NCBI RefSeq assembly: GCF_018350175.1
Contig: NC_058368.1
Location: 157,854,001 to 157,918,000 of the forward strand
Source of the DNA: Felis catus
Taxonomy: Eukaryota
Direction of reading: 5' to 3'
DNA: 64,000 nucleotides
Positions within the stretch are counted from its first letter, which is position 1. Every line of letters starts with the position of its first letter. The position numbers were made by a program, and so were the translations under genes. This document shows, one piece after another, positions 24,632 to 37,662 of the stretch. The notes below the pieces were generated by a model, which saw only the letters and a list, made by a program, of their open reading frames with translations, was not told the origin of the DNA and did not search any database.

Positions 24632-25444
24632 ATTATTTTAATTGAGAAAAAATTGACATATAACAAATTAGTTTCAGGTGTCAACATGATTCAATATTTG
24701 TATACATTGAGAAATGATAACTACATTGAGTCTAGTTAACATTCATCACCTCACATAGTTACAGTTCTTTTTCTTGTGATAAAAACTTGTAACATCTACT
24801 CTCTTAGAAAATTTCAAATATATAATATGGTATTCATCACAGTCACCATGCTGTACATATATCCCCATGACTTATTTATTTTATAACTGGAAGTTTGACT
24901 CCTGTTGACTCTGTTCACCCATTCCACCTGTCCCCTAACTCTCCTATATATAAATGAGATTAAATAGTATTTGTCTTTCTCTGTCTGACTTATTTCACTT
25001 CATGCTCTCAAGATCCACCCATGTTGTTGCAAATGTCAAGATATTATTCTTTTTATGGATGAATAATATCCCACTGTGTATGTGTACATTTTCTTTATCC
25101 ATTTATCCATTGATGGACACATAAGTTGTTTCCATATCTTGGGTATTATGAATAATACTGCAGTGAACATAGGGATACATATATCTTTTCAAATTAGTGT
25201 TTTCATTTTCTTTGGATAAATACCCAGAAGTGGAATTGCTGGACCATGTGGTAGTTCAATTTTTAATTTTTTGAGGAGCCCCAATGTTGTTTTCCATAGT
25301 GGCTGCACCAATTTACATTCTCACCAACAGTGTACAAGGGTTCCCTTTTCTCCACATCTTCTTCAACACTTGCTGTTTTTTGTCTTTTTTATAACAGCCA
25401 CTCTAACAGGTGTAAGGTGATATCTTATTGAGGTTTTGATTTGC
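24632..25444 (-). mobile_element. Carnivore/L1MA-type L1 3' end, 5'-truncated
   Basis: aattgacatataacaaattagtttcaggtg…ttggataaatacccagaagtggaattgctgga…ggtgatatcttattgaggttttgatttgc; TSD-like caRtRtcatctttt. Confidence 0.9.
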
Positions 25445-25459
25445 CAGTATCATCTTTTT

Positions 25460-26850
25460 AAAGACGTCTGTCTCAAAGCCTTCTCACCCCCAATCTGGAC
25501 AAGTTGTTCTCTAGGTGGTAAAAAGGCTGGTCTTGAGATCTCCCGTTATCATTCTGGTAATTCCCTTTGCTTCCCTCTTGGGTTAGATTGTTTTATGGAT
25601 CCCATTCTTCCTTTTCTTGCCTTAATTTCCTTAATTCAGTGGAATATATTCATTAGTAACTTTCTGAGAAAGAGTACATGTTGGATAAAGTTTTGGGGAT
25701 CTTCTATGTCTGAAAATATCTCTATTCTCTCCGTAACTTGGCAAAGTATAAATGTTTAGATTATTTTGCCTCAGATTACATTTTTCCTCAAAACTTTGAA
25801 GGCTTCGTCATACTTTTTAGTAATGCTCTTGAAAAGTCAGAGGCGTTTTGTTCCTAATCTTCAGTAATGGAAGAGTGAAAATATGAAAGAAGGCTTCCTG
25901 AGCTGCAGAACATGAGTCCCTCAGTGCTAGAGTGGAGTAGCAATAAAAGAGAATTTGAAAGAAACTAATGTGTGCTCAGTGTCTTCTTCCTGCCTTGGAG
26001 AGGTGGGCAGGACAACACACCCATAAGGACCCAGTGCAGAGAGAAGTCAGTAAGTTGGAGGAACCAACATTTTGGAGGTCTGAGGATAAATGAGATTCCT
26101 GTGGGCCAAGAGAAGATAAACAGGTTTGTGTTGTCTTCAAAGAACCTCCCTCCTCCCTTCTTGGTAGGCCAGAAGACCCCAGAAGCAAGAGTGTATGGGT
26201 ATACTTTTTGGGTCAAGATCTGGGGGGGTTCACAAGAGGTCAACCAAAAGGTGCACTGTTGCAGTGTGGAGGCTCCAAAGTGAGGGGCATCCCTCAAAGG
26301 ACCCCCAAATTTGGTGCTTGCCACCCAGAGGACACTCACAGCCAGATTTCAGTAGCACCAAGGAGGGCTTAATGGAGATGTTCTCAGTCATACCAAGTTT
26401 GTCTCACAAAGAACCACATTGTAAACACTCTTGGAGGAAGTATTCCGATAAGAAGAAAAGCAATTCTAGGAGACACAGCAAAAGATATGGAAAATAAAGA
26501 TGATCAGATAAATGTGGTAAAGCTTATTTTGTCCAAAAGATTATCAGAACCCAAAGGGAAAACAAACAAACAAACAAACAAACCAAAAACCTCTTACCTT
26601 TCCAAAAGTAAAATTCTAGATAATAGGATGGGAAATAGAGAAGCTGAGACTAAAGTGTTGAGAGTGTGTCCTAACAACACAGCTTCAAAATCTATACAAT
26701 GTCATGATTATGTAAGATGTTGTCCCCACCAGAAGCAGTGTCAGAAAATATCAGTGTATTACAATATACTTGTAGTCTTAAAAATTAATATATTCATTTC
26801 AAGAGATACAGGAAAATTACTTGATAATTAGTGGTAGCTGGTGGTGAGTA
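25460..26850. mobile_element. Highly decayed HAL1/L1M ORF1-region remnants, possibly in both orientations
   Basis: 25620-25855 resembles the reverse complement of an L1/HAL1 ORF1 end (ttttcctcaaaactttgaaggc…gaaaagtcagaggc); downstream purine-rich sequence is only weakly L1-like. Confidence 0.35.
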
Positions 26851-27608
26851 AAGTAGTGGTATGCTGGAAATATAATATTAAATAACCTGCCTCCCCTTCT
26901 ATGAAGGCTGGTGAACTTCCTGCAGACAACTCTACCTTGAGTGGGTGGTGGAAAATCTTAACTTTAAATGGAAATGGAGATTTGTTTTGTTTTGTCTTGT
27001 CTCACATTGCGTTCTCTAGAAGCAGAGAGTGAGTGTAAAATTCAGAACTAACAAATTTTTGAGGAGTGTTCTTCAGAAAAAGTCATTAAGTTTAAGGATA
27101 AGAAAAGTAAAAAAGTGGGGCCAGGGTATGATTTCAGGGTACATGCAACTTTAGTTACACAATAGAATTTTCTCCCCTGGAACCAGGGTCTGACCTCTTG
27201 TACCTTTAAAATCAGTTATTGGTACATATGTGGGGGGGAGGTAGGGGAGTGGTATCATGACTTCCCAGGAAAGATGGCACTTGTCAGCTGATGGCAGTTC
27301 TCCTGAGAGAATTCTCTCAGAGCCATTCATAGGCCATTTTCACAGTAGCTGAGAGAAGAATGTACAAATCCCCTATAAAATGGGATGAGGGCAGAGTAGT
27401 GAGGAATGACAGCTTTTACCACACTGATTCATATATTGACCTGAAAATTCTAGTTTCTGGATTAAAATTGTATTTTACAAATTAAAGTGATTGTAGGATT
27501 TTCCACATCATGTGGAAGAACAGGCATGGGATTGCTTATTTTTATCCAGGGGTAGAGGAAGATGTTCTCCAACTAAAAAGGACAGCAAAAAAAAACAAAG
27601 TGGCTTTT

Positions 27609-27653
27609 TGTGATTATATCTCATGTGATTATATCTTTTGTGATTATATCTCA
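27609..27653. repeat. 15-bp tandem repeat x3
   Basis: tgtgattatatctca / tgtgattatatcttt / tgtgattatatctca. Confidence 0.9.
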
Positions 27654-29206
27654 TGCATCCTGCATGCTCAATACACCCCATGTGTGCACACATACACACA
27701 TATTATGCATGTATGCATATGTACATATTTCATCACATTTTATGTCACACATACATGTTTGCACATGTATACATATATACACATATGCAGACATATTTCA
27801 TTTACTATCTCATCTTATATTCTATAGATTAGAAAAAAACAAGTGTTATATTCTTTAAATGATTTTATTTACAAGTAGATACTGTTAACACCGGTATTGT
27901 ATAAGCATTAAGATCTATATGGCTATTATTGCCATAACAAAAGTATAGAAGATACTCACATTTTCTTTTCAGCATTATACTTCTTTGAAATAAAGAAAGT
28001 TGAAAAGAGGGCATTTCTTTTTCTGCCAAAGATCTGGAAACACTTTGTCCCTGGATGGACTTTCAGCCAAATGAGGATCTCCATAGGAATGGAAGAAATC
28101 ACACTCTCTGCTCCAGGATCCTGCATTTGCCAGGTCACATTGCTTTACTTTGGATTTCTACCATCCGAGAGAAGGTCAGTCCAAAGACCTGAGACCTACC
28201 ATGGTGCTGCAGATTGCTGAGCAACGCCAGGGAATATGTCCTCTTGCATCCTTGCCAGGTAAGGATCTGAAGATGAGATGTTTGCATCCCCGGCGCCTCA
28301 CATTTTGTGCCAGACCAGGACTGCACTGCAAGAAGTCTCTTTGCCAATTTTCCTTTATTAAGAAGATACTCCCTTCCATGCCCAAGAATAATATTATGGA
28401 AAAGGATAACCATTTAGCTATGTTTGACCATGGTCCTAAGGAATTCAATGGGATCCCACAGAATTCCAAACTACACATTTTTTAATTCACAAGTAAAGGA
28501 TGAAAGGTATGTCAATGGACATGATAACAGAAAATGCATAGTTCTTTAGAATGCTTTACAACATCACCAGAATGCCAAGCATCTGTGTCTTGATGGATGT
28601 CATATACTATGGCTATATACATAGTATGCTAGCCTTATATTTTGAGCAATAATGAAACATACTTGGGAAATTGTGAAAGCAAAGCTGACCATTAAGGACT
28701 TGACATTTCGTTTTGCTGTATGGAAAGACATTTAGCATGTGGTTTTACACCCAGCATTTGGGAGTTTGTCCAAGCTCAGTGGTCCTATACACACTCAACA
28801 TCCTCTCTTCTAGAGTTTAGATAGCCCCACTAGCATTCAGAATCTTCAGGCCCACACTGAACCATTATTTTAAAGCACACTTTTTAGTGCCAGACAACAG
28901 GCAAACACTAGTGAAGTTCCAGGGAGAGGCATGTTTATTTGTTTTCTGCGGTTCAGAAACCATTTCCGTTTGCTTGAATAAGACACTGTCTAAAAGCAAC
29001 TTCCTTTCTTTTCCCATGGCTCCTTGAAATGGCAAATTATTAAAATTGTCAGGGTTACTGGTATGAGAATGAATGAGAGGTGATCTCATTTTGGAGGAGG
29101 CAAGGAACAGAAAAGATTTGAAAAATTAACATAAATCCATTCTATGGGACTCAAGATTGTGTTTGGGGGGTCTTTGTTTGATAATTCCTCTCTCCCTTCC
29201 CTTGAT

Positions 29207-29208
<2 letters not shown>

Positions 29209-29248
<40 letters not shown>
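29209..29248. repeat. (AC)n microsatellite
   Basis: About 20 uninterrupted AC units. Confidence 0.97.
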
Positions 29249-29250
<2 letters not shown>

Positions 29251-29439
29251 TGGTTCTAATACTGCATTATTAAGATGATTCATCTCAGGCTGAAGTTCTG
29301 TCTTTTAGCCTGTATCACTACTCAGGAGAGGTCATGAGTTAAAAGAAAACAATGAACAATGAAGTCAAATTAACAAACAAATGAGTAAAGTTGCTGAAAA
29401 GAAAACTTTGTTTATATGTGAATCTCTGTGTACAGAGAG

Positions 29440-29670
29440 ACCTGGTACATCAATACTAGACTGTTAATCAGAAAATCTGGATTCTGAACCCTTCCCTGAC
29501 ACCCATGTGACTTTGGGTGAGACCCATAATCACACTAAGCCTCATATCCACTTCTGTAAAATGCTGAAACTAATTACCTGCTTTACTAACTCCAAAGAAT
29601 TATAGCTAAGTGTCAAATGAGATAGCGTGTGAAAATATGTCATGAACTGCAAAGTACTTTACTAATATAA
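29440..29670 (+). mobile_element. MIR SINE
   Basis: catgtgactttgggtgag…gcctcatatccacttctgtaaaatg…tcaaatgagatagcgtgtgaaa. Confidence 0.75.
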
Positions 29671-30149
29671 AATACCAGTAGGACATAAATATGTTAAAGC
29701 TAAAAATTGAATTCGTTTTCTTAACTTTTGTCCCTTCCTATTTATTTCTTGTGCCACGAGGCCTCCATTTTCTCAGTTCCTACTCATAACTGGTCTGCCT
29801 CCAGTCCCATTGTTCAAAATCGTTTGGTCTCTCCTGTAATTTGAAGGCAGATAAATCTTAAATTACCATTTTCCAGGGAAATGTCTTAACTCTTGGAAGC
29901 CACTTGAGTCCCATATGGTATTGTAAAATAATAAAAATAAGATGCCCACAGTAAAAGAATAATGTGGATGCTAATGTAACCAAGATGTCAGTTTAGATCT
30001 CTCCTTTGCTTGACAATCTGGAGATCTGAATAAATTGATTCCTACTCCCAATTCCATAGCCCACAATTGATCAAAATAATGTCATATACATTAATACATT
30101 ATTGAGAGCATATTTCTTGAAGATTACTAGGTTGATCTGGACCTTTTTC

Positions 30150-30570
30150 TTTTAAATGACGGAAACTCAACTTTAAAATATCTTTTTTTTTTTTTTTTTT
30201 ATTTTTGGGACAGAGAGAGACAGAGCATGAGCGGGGGAGGGGCAGAGAGAGAGGGAGACACAGAATCCGAAACAGGCTCCAGGCTCCGAGCCATCAGCCC
30301 AGAGCCTGACGCGGGGCCCGAACTCACGGACCGCGAGATCGTGACCTGGCTGAAGTCGGACGCTTAACCGACTGCGCCACCCAGGCGCCCCTAAAATATC
30401 TTTAAAAAGTAAATAGGTTCACTTATACAACGAAAAAATTGAAATGTATGACTTTAGGCATGGCTAGATCTAGTGACTCAAATTGTATCAACAGAATTCT
30501 GTCTTCTTTTTGCTCTACTTTCCTCTGTTTTGTCTTCACTCTTGGGCAGTCTCTCTTCATGTGATAGACA
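30150..30570 (-). mobile_element. Old MLT1(J/K-like) LTR remnant interrupted by a SINE
   Basis: aaatgacggaaactcaact…gactttaggcatggctagatctagtgactcaaat…ctctactttcctctgtttt. Confidence 0.55.
30186..30391 (-). mobile_element. Young felid Can-SINE (SINEC_Fc-type)
   Basis: CpGs intact, pure T-tail; perfect 12-bp TSD taaaatatcttt at 30174-30185 and 30392-30403. Confidence 0.97.
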
Positions 30571-30954
30571 TCCTGATGAAGGCAGCCTGAATTAACTAGG
30601 ATTTATTAGCAGTTAATTACTGCTGCAAATAACAAAAAAGTAAAATAGAAATGGCTTAAACAAGATATTTCCCTCTCACATTTGGGTCTAGATGTAAATA
30701 ATGTATGGCTTGTAAGACATCGATGTCCCATGAAGTCTTCAGGTACCCATTCTTACAACTTTCTGAATAGCCATCTCTCAGTAAGCCATTGGTGTAATAC
30801 TAGGAAGGTTTTTTAGTTTCCATGACTCATGTAAATATTCATCATAACTGCAATATAACCACATATTGTCTTTTTAAAAAAATCATTGTGAGGTTATCAC
30901 AACTCTAGGAATATTTACTAAATATGTTACTTAAAATATTGCTAATTTTGTCAG

Positions 30955-31078
30955 GTTAGTGCTTTCCAGTCTTGGCTGCTACTCCTTAGAATCACCTAAA
31001 AGATTTTAAGAAAAAAATTGATTCCAAGATTTCATTGTTGACCAATTAAATCAGAATATCCAGGGAATGGGGCCTGGT
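30955..31078. mobile_element. MER5A-like fragment
   Basis: ttagaatcacct…gaccaattaaatcagaatatccagggaatggggcctgg. Confidence 0.6.
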
Positions 31079-32852
31079 TTGTTTGTTTGTTTGTTTATAG
31101 TTTTCATCATGTTAGCCTCCACAAGCAACTAAAATTAACGTTGATTGAAGCCTAGGTTGGTTAATTGGTCTTCCCTAAACAAAATTTATCCAAAACGGAG
31201 TATGAAAGACACAATGGCTCAAATGTAAAGTGGGTCTTTGCCTTGTATCTAGGCACATACATGACTTAGGTGTTCTCTAATATCTCCATCATCTGCACAT
31301 GCAATAACTCCAAGTATCTTCCTATCTGAGGGTATTTGGATTCACTCTCAAGAAGGATCCAAACCTCCCTGTCTTTCCCATCTCTCTGACCTTTTGATTG
31401 GCAGGGCTTTTTCTGTTGTTTGAGCTGTGTGGTTCATCCTTGCTGATGAATAGTCTTAGCATCATTTCCATCTTGTCTAGACTAAAGCTCAACGCAGCAC
31501 ACACTGTTTAACAATTGAAAGAAATACCCTGATCTCAGCCCTGTCCTAGGACATGCTTCTGAAGCTCCTCCTATTTGTCTTTATACATATGCAGAAGCCC
31601 CTTGGTGCCCAGAACTTGGCCTTATACCAAGCATCTGTATCTTGCTTGTCCAGTGTCATAAATCCACCAGTGCACCTGTTTATTTAACTTGGTTCCTTTC
31701 TCAAATGACTTCACAAAATGTTAGTAACTGAAGGTCAGGTTCAGAAAAAAATTATTTTTATGGTCTGATCAGCATATTCAAGGACAGAAACCTAATGACT
31801 GAAATAGTTGTGTCTCCCCATCTCTTTTCTTCAGCCATTGTTTAGAAAGCACCAGATTGGACTCTAATGAAAATGGGAGGCACCAGTTTAGAGGCAGAGT
31901 CTGCATGAGCTCTTGGGAGGGATGTGAGAATCATAAGCTGTCCTCTTCTGCAGCTGCTTACTATTAGCTCTAAAAGGAATGAATGAACTTAGTGTTTCAC
32001 TGAGAAGAAAAGGAAAGAAAGAGCAGGGGGTGGAAGTGTAGGATAGCATGCTATCTTTACAAAACTGTTTTGGTGTAACTGATGAAGGAGAAGGATAAAG
32101 TTGATCCACCCATTACCATGAGGGTCAGAGTCTGCTAAAATAACTATTGGTTGAATCTCTACCTTCCTTCTCACTGCAATTGTAAATCAAATCCTGATGG
32201 GCTGGAGAGTTTCAGATACCTCTAACCTGTTAGGAATCCTGGAGTGCTAATAATCAGGTGTCCTTTTGCCCATGTCACACTCCTATGCCACAACACCCCT
32301 GCAGCTAACCAGTATAGGGTTAAGTTTTTGCTGAGTTCCTTTGTCAAGGGTGAGAGGGGACTCTGTTCTGGGCCTCCCAAAAGCTGCCTCTAGGAGCCAG
32401 GTCTTTTCATAAAGGCAATCTGGTGGGAAAAGAGCCTGTCTTTGAAGCCTGATAGATCTGCAGTTTCCTGGTAGTGAAGGAACAAGTGAAAATGACTAAT
32501 ATTGTGTAAAAGGGGCTCAATAAATGATACCTGTAGCCATAGTAATTACATAGGATAGAAAATAAGATACCAAGAGGGAAATCATAAACGCAAAGTGGGT
32601 GCTGAGACAACAGACACATCAGCAGGGCAATTTCATTTAGGAAGTGATCAAAGAGGAAAGAAAACTGAGAAAGGGTGGTACCTATTGTTTTAGAGGACTT
32701 GAATTTATTCATTTTTTTCTTCTTGAATCTTTTCATCTTCATGGAAAGTGAAAATGGGTTGATTCTGATGGCAGTAATCTTTGACTACCCATAACCTAGT
32801 CCCTTTGCACAGGTCAGCAAAAAAATAGTACTACAAGGGAACTCGTTCGTTC

Positions 32853-33061
32853 TTTTTTCTTTTTTTTAATGTTTATTTTTTGAGAGAGAAGGAGAGAGAG
32901 TGTGCAAGTGGGGAAAGGACAGAGAGAGAATCTTTCTGAAGCAGGCTCCAGAATCTGAAGCAGGCTCCAGGAGCTGAGCTGTCAGCACAGAGCCTGACAC
33001 AGGGCTCAAACCCCCTGAGCCAAAGTCGGATGCTCAACCAACTGAGCCACCCAGGTGCCCC
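32853..33061 (-). mobile_element. Can-SINE with internal 17-bp duplication and a small deletion
   Basis: tctgaagcaggctccag at 32935-32951 and 32954-32970; ends gagccacccaggtgcccc. Confidence 0.9.
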
Positions 33062-33229
33062 AGGACCTGGTTCTTTCTAATTATAACTCTGACCCCACTT
33101 AACTGTTTATACTATTATAAATAATTTACTGCTTAGAGTCTTGGTTTCCTCATCTGTAAAGGTGGTGAGAAATGCATCTTTTTCCCAGGGGGTTTCAAAG
33201 GTTGAATGCAATAGTATTTATCCATTTAA

Positions 33230-33414
33230 TTTACCGAATTTATTCACTTCACAAACAATCTATTGTCCTCTATGCACCAAACACTGTTCTAGATGCTGAG
33301 GATATAGAATTGAACAATTCAGGGTAACATCCCTGCTTTTATGGAGTGACATTTTAGCAGTAGGACAAAGATAATAAAGACATAAACAAATAAATGTCTA
33401 ATATATCAGGTATC
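33230..33414 (-). mobile_element. L2 3' remnant (target of the LTR insertion)
   Basis: ttattcacttcacaaacaatctattg…ctatgcaccaaacactgttctagatgctgaggatatag…ccctgcttttatggagtgacatt. Confidence 0.7.
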
Positions 33415-33764
33415 TGTTAGGACGTCCTTGGAACCACAGTAGAGGGGACGGCCATCTTGCCAGCGCAACCCAAGGAAAAGCCCCTAGTAGCTGCCAGAAC
33501 GAATTGGAGGTCAACCAATCACCGAGCGACAGCACGACCTGACTGGAAAAAGGCCCACCCGGACCTAAACCCCGAACCGAACCGCTGCAGCTTAAAAACC
33601 CCACCCCACCACACCTGGGTGCGACTTCCCTGACTCCTCTCTCTCTCTCTCCGTGAGTCATGGAACCTCGCCCAAGACCTTAGTTCCCAAATAAAGCCTT
33701 TGACGGCTAAAATTTTTTAGCCTCTGACTCCTATCTTTACCCTGCCTTACGCCTGACCCTAATG
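33415..33764 (+). mobile_element. Solo endogenous retroviral LTR, family unassigned
   Basis: Starts TGTTAGG, ends CCTAAtg (decayed CCTAACA); TSD gtatc at 33410-33414 and 33765-33769; CCAAT 33515, TATA-like cttaaaaa 33591, AATAAA 33690; GC/CpG-rich relative to flanks. Confidence 0.85.
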
Positions 33765-36700
33765 GTATCAACAATTGCCACGAAGAAAAAAGGTAGCTAA
33801 AGGGGATAGATTTACTGAAAAAGCTTTGTAAACTATTAAGACCTATACAAATTTAAGATTTTGCCCTATTTCAGGCTTGATTAACAGGATTAAACTCAAG
33901 GTGTTTGGCACTGGAGAGTGCATTAGATTTTTCCTTACAAGAGAAGTTCCTGTTACTGCCCTTTGTAAGTTCAATGTTTTTTAGAAGGTTCCATTTTCCC
34001 CACCTTTACCTAAGTCCTTATATCGGCATGAGGCTTCTAGGAAAGGACTCAGCCTCTTTAAAATAGAGACAAATTTAAATATATCTAGGATTTGAATGTT
34101 TCCTGAATCTTAATTTCAATCTTTATGTCATTGGAAAGTTCTTTTTTCTTATTTTGCCTAATCCCTATTTTGGATTTCTCTGTTCTTCTTTTTCTTCCTT
34201 TCTATCTTTCTTTTTTTTGTGAACTACTCAGTGCTTTATTTTATTTTTGTCTGTTGAAGATAGAATCATTATCTTTATAGGTGCTCTGTGTTAAATATTA
34301 ATCTTCAATAGAGGTTGCACTCAGTTCATTTTATGTAATTTCTTGATTAATGTTAAAAGCACACTTCTCAAACATTTATGAATGTACCTCTAAATGCAAG
34401 GCATGTCTTTGAATAGAGAGAATAGCGAACCACTCTGTTCTTTCACTGGGTTGGACACAACTGAATTAAAAGTGAGGCTGAGAAGCCAGTTGCAGATTTT
34501 AACACAAAAACAGAGGCTTCTCACCTAAGAGTCTGAGTACTTCCAACTCCAACTGGAAGGACTGCGTCCATATAATATGAGTTGCCTTTGGGCATAAGTT
34601 AATGGAATTCAAATGAATTTAGATACTCATTCCATTTAGCTGGACTACTTTAAAATGGAAACTCCTACTGTTAAAATTCAATAGTAACTGTTCATTATCT
34701 CTCATTCTAAGATGCTTTAAATACTTTTTAGACTGCCTCTAGTTGCCACAAGCTAGGTGACCAACAGAAGCATTCCCTAAGCCTGTTTAGCAGTGACAAA
34801 ACATTACCTTTTTCTTGAAGGTCAAGGAGGGGTTGATGGATGGATGTTGTGAGCATTTCCTATACCTTTTTCTTGGACTCAAAGAACAAACATTAAAATA
34901 GTTGATAAGAGTGTTTTATAAAAGAATGTGCCCCTAAAGTGAGAAGCAGGATATGGACTGTATCATGACTTTGAAAACACTGTATTTTGCACCAGTAATC
35001 AATATTATTAGCTTTAAATTATCCTCAAAGTTTAAATCTGGGGATTTTTCTCTAAGTTACTCTAAAAAATGTTTGATTTGTCTGAAATGGAGAGGACCCT
35101 TGCATTTTTATTTTTAAAAATTGTTAAGAAGGGCAGAAATTAAGATAATATTGAGATCCTAACACTTGAAATCCCATTTAATAGTCTCTGTATGAGGGTA
35201 TTTTTTAAAGTAACAATTCATTATCCTTTCCCTGCTTCCACCTATTCTTTTTTAATTCTTTTAATTAAGAGAATTAAAGGTTTTATTTATTTACAGTTTG
35301 TTAACAGACAATAAAATTCTACATGATACAAACACCAAAATAAACACTGATTTAACTAGGCATTTAAATATTTGCTGAAACATTATCTATTTCTTTCTCA
35401 AATCCTACTTAACAAATTAATTACCTACTTTCAAAAGTAGATTTTTTTTTTAATGTTTGTGTGTGTCATTTCCAGCATGAAACTTGCCTTTTAAAACTAA
35501 GGCTCAGAGACAAATGATCCATTCCATTTTTTCTTTCTTATTTTCTTACCTTTCCTGTCCAGTTCTCAACAAGCTGTGTATTCGTGTACCTGAAGGACAA
35601 GACAAACATCTTTTTTGAATAAAGCTGTGCTATACAATTTGCTGGCATACATGAGAGGAATTCTCTCAGGCACATTCTTTTTTCCCCATTTCCTCCCACT
35701 ATCTTGACCAGAGGTTCTCCCTACCCAAACTCCAATCTCATAATCTGAAAAGAAAAAGAAAACATTGTTCCAGCTCATTCTGGTTTGAAAAATAGGCCTT
35801 TGAGTGCTATTTACAGAGTCATTTCCATGACAATATCAAAGCCTTCAATTTCTATTCGGTGTTAAAAGAGGAAAATCTCTCATTCAAGTGACCCTTCAGA
35901 CCTGTATTTTATCCAAGGTGTGAGATCGATGTGAAATGAGCCCATAAAGAAAATGGTTAGGAAAAACCAATAAGCACACTCTGGGATTCTTTCCTGGGGT
36001 GTTGGGTTCCATGTAACCCTCAGCTTTATTTGCATTAATCCTCTATTGAATGTAAGAATTAGAGAAAGCTCTTTAAATGAGGACATTGAAACTTTTTCTA
36101 CCTCTGTTCTAGATTCTATTGAAAGTCTAGGCACATCTAAAAAATAAAATCACATTTGTATAGGTAGTGGCACTTACAAGAGATCAAAAAGTTCAAATAA
36201 CTGAGGAATTTGCAAGATGAGTATTTCAAGTGCAGTCATATCTGTTGTCTCTTTAATAGTGATGAAAGTCATCCTACAAAAGGAGTATTTTTGGTAGCCT
36301 TAGAAACAGAAACCCTTTTTCTGGTGGGATTTTTGAGTACTAATTCTGCTGTTGGAATTATCCAAACACTGAAGATAGTGAAATAAGACATAAATATGCT
36401 AAACTTTAAAAACTTTTACTTTTCAAAAAGCTGTTTTGAGTTTCAGATGGAATTTCCATCCTTTTCTTATTTTGTGGGAAGGATTTTGGCTATTAAACTG
36501 CACAGTGAATCTGACCCTTAAGAGCACGAAAATCTTGGATGCACATTGAACTAATGCTATAAATTTTCTTATATGTCTACAGATACTTTGGAGGAAATTA
36601 TATGGGACAAGGGGACCGGTTCTTCACCCATTCCTCTGCCATTTGTAAAGTAAAAAGTACCTTTGAACAGAGTTTCATAATAATTGCATAATTATTTTTG

Positions 36701-37134
36701 TTTTCTCATCAATGCCAGCCTGCTGCTGGTGAGGTACAGCAGTACTGAAAACAAGTCATTGGAGAACTGAATTGTAACAACTTAAAAAATACTGTTTCTC
36801 CTTTCAGATTTGCAAAAAAACTATTTTAAAAATTTCTGAGTGGTGACACTTTAAAAGAAGTAAACTACAGGCCAATATCTCTGCTGAACATATATGCAAA
36901 AATCCTCCATAATGTATTAGCAAACTGAATCCAAAAATACATTAAAAAAATTGTTCACCTCGATCAAGTGGGATTTATTCCAGAGATGCAAGAATGCTTC
37001 ATTATTGGCAAATCAATCAACGTGATACATCACACCAATAAAAGAAAGAATAAAAACCATATGATCACTTAAATAGATGCAGAAAAAGCAGTTGACAAAG
37101 TACAACATTCATTCATGATAAAAACTGTCAACAT

Positions 37135-37340
37135 GGGGTGCCTCTGTGGCTCAGTTGGGTAAGCTTCTGACTCTTGATTTAGGCTCAGGTTATGATCTCA
37201 TGGCACCTGAGTTTGAGCCGCCTCAGTCTGTGCTGTCCCTCTCTTTCTGCCCCTCTCCCATGCATGTGTTTGTGGGTGTGCTATGTGTTTGCGGATGCAC
37301 GCAGGTGCTCTCTCAAAATAAATAAATAAACATTTAAAAA
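37135..37340 (+). mobile_element. Older Can-SINE nested in L1
   Basis: ggggtgcctctgtggctcagttgg…ctctcaaaataaataaataaacattt; TSD-like aactgtcaaca/acctgtcaata. Confidence 0.88.
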
Positions 37341-37556
37341 AAGACCTGTCAATAAAGTAGGTTTAGAGGGAACATACCTTAATATAATAGAGGCCAAATA
37401 TGAAATACCCACAGGTTATGTCATACTCAACGGGAAAACTGAGAGCTTTTCCTCTAAGATCAGAAACAAGACAAGGATGTCCATCCACTCTTACCCCTTT
37501 TATTCAACATAATACTGGAAGTCCTAGCCGCAGCAATCAGACAGCAAAAAGAAATA

Positions 37557-37662
37557 GTACTTGCTTCTGCAGCACATATACTAAAATATTGGAATGATAC
37601 AGGGAAGATTAGCATGGCCTCTGTGCATGAAAGATATACAAATTCATGAAGTGTTCCATATT
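37557..37662 (+). pseudogene. RNU6: Full-length U6 snRNA processed pseudogene
   Basis: gtacttgcttctgcagcacatatactaaaatattggaatgatacagggaagattagcatggcctctgtgcatgaaagatatacaaattcatgaagtgttccatatt aligns end to end with U6; followed by an A8 tail; CpGs decayed. Confidence 0.95.

Noticed and set aside
25965..26831. Cluster of 100-124-aa ORFs on both strands
   Set aside because: No recognisable homology; the region looks like decayed L1/HAL1 sequence and shows no sign of an endogenous viral gene
27303..27320. Perfect 18-bp palindrome ctgagagaattctctcag (also atttgatttaaatcaaat at 19449-19466)
   Set aside because: One or two such palindromes are near chance expectation in 64 kb of AT-rich DNA
27609..27653. 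Short repeats as a CRISPR-like array
   Set aside because: Contiguous 15-bp units with no spacers, in eukaryotic DNA
27973..28485. Overlapping 92-111-aa ORFs and a possible exon 27973-28258 (ttttcag| … CAG|GTAAGG)
   Set aside because: All three frames of the putative exon contain stops, and the ORFs show no recognisable domain
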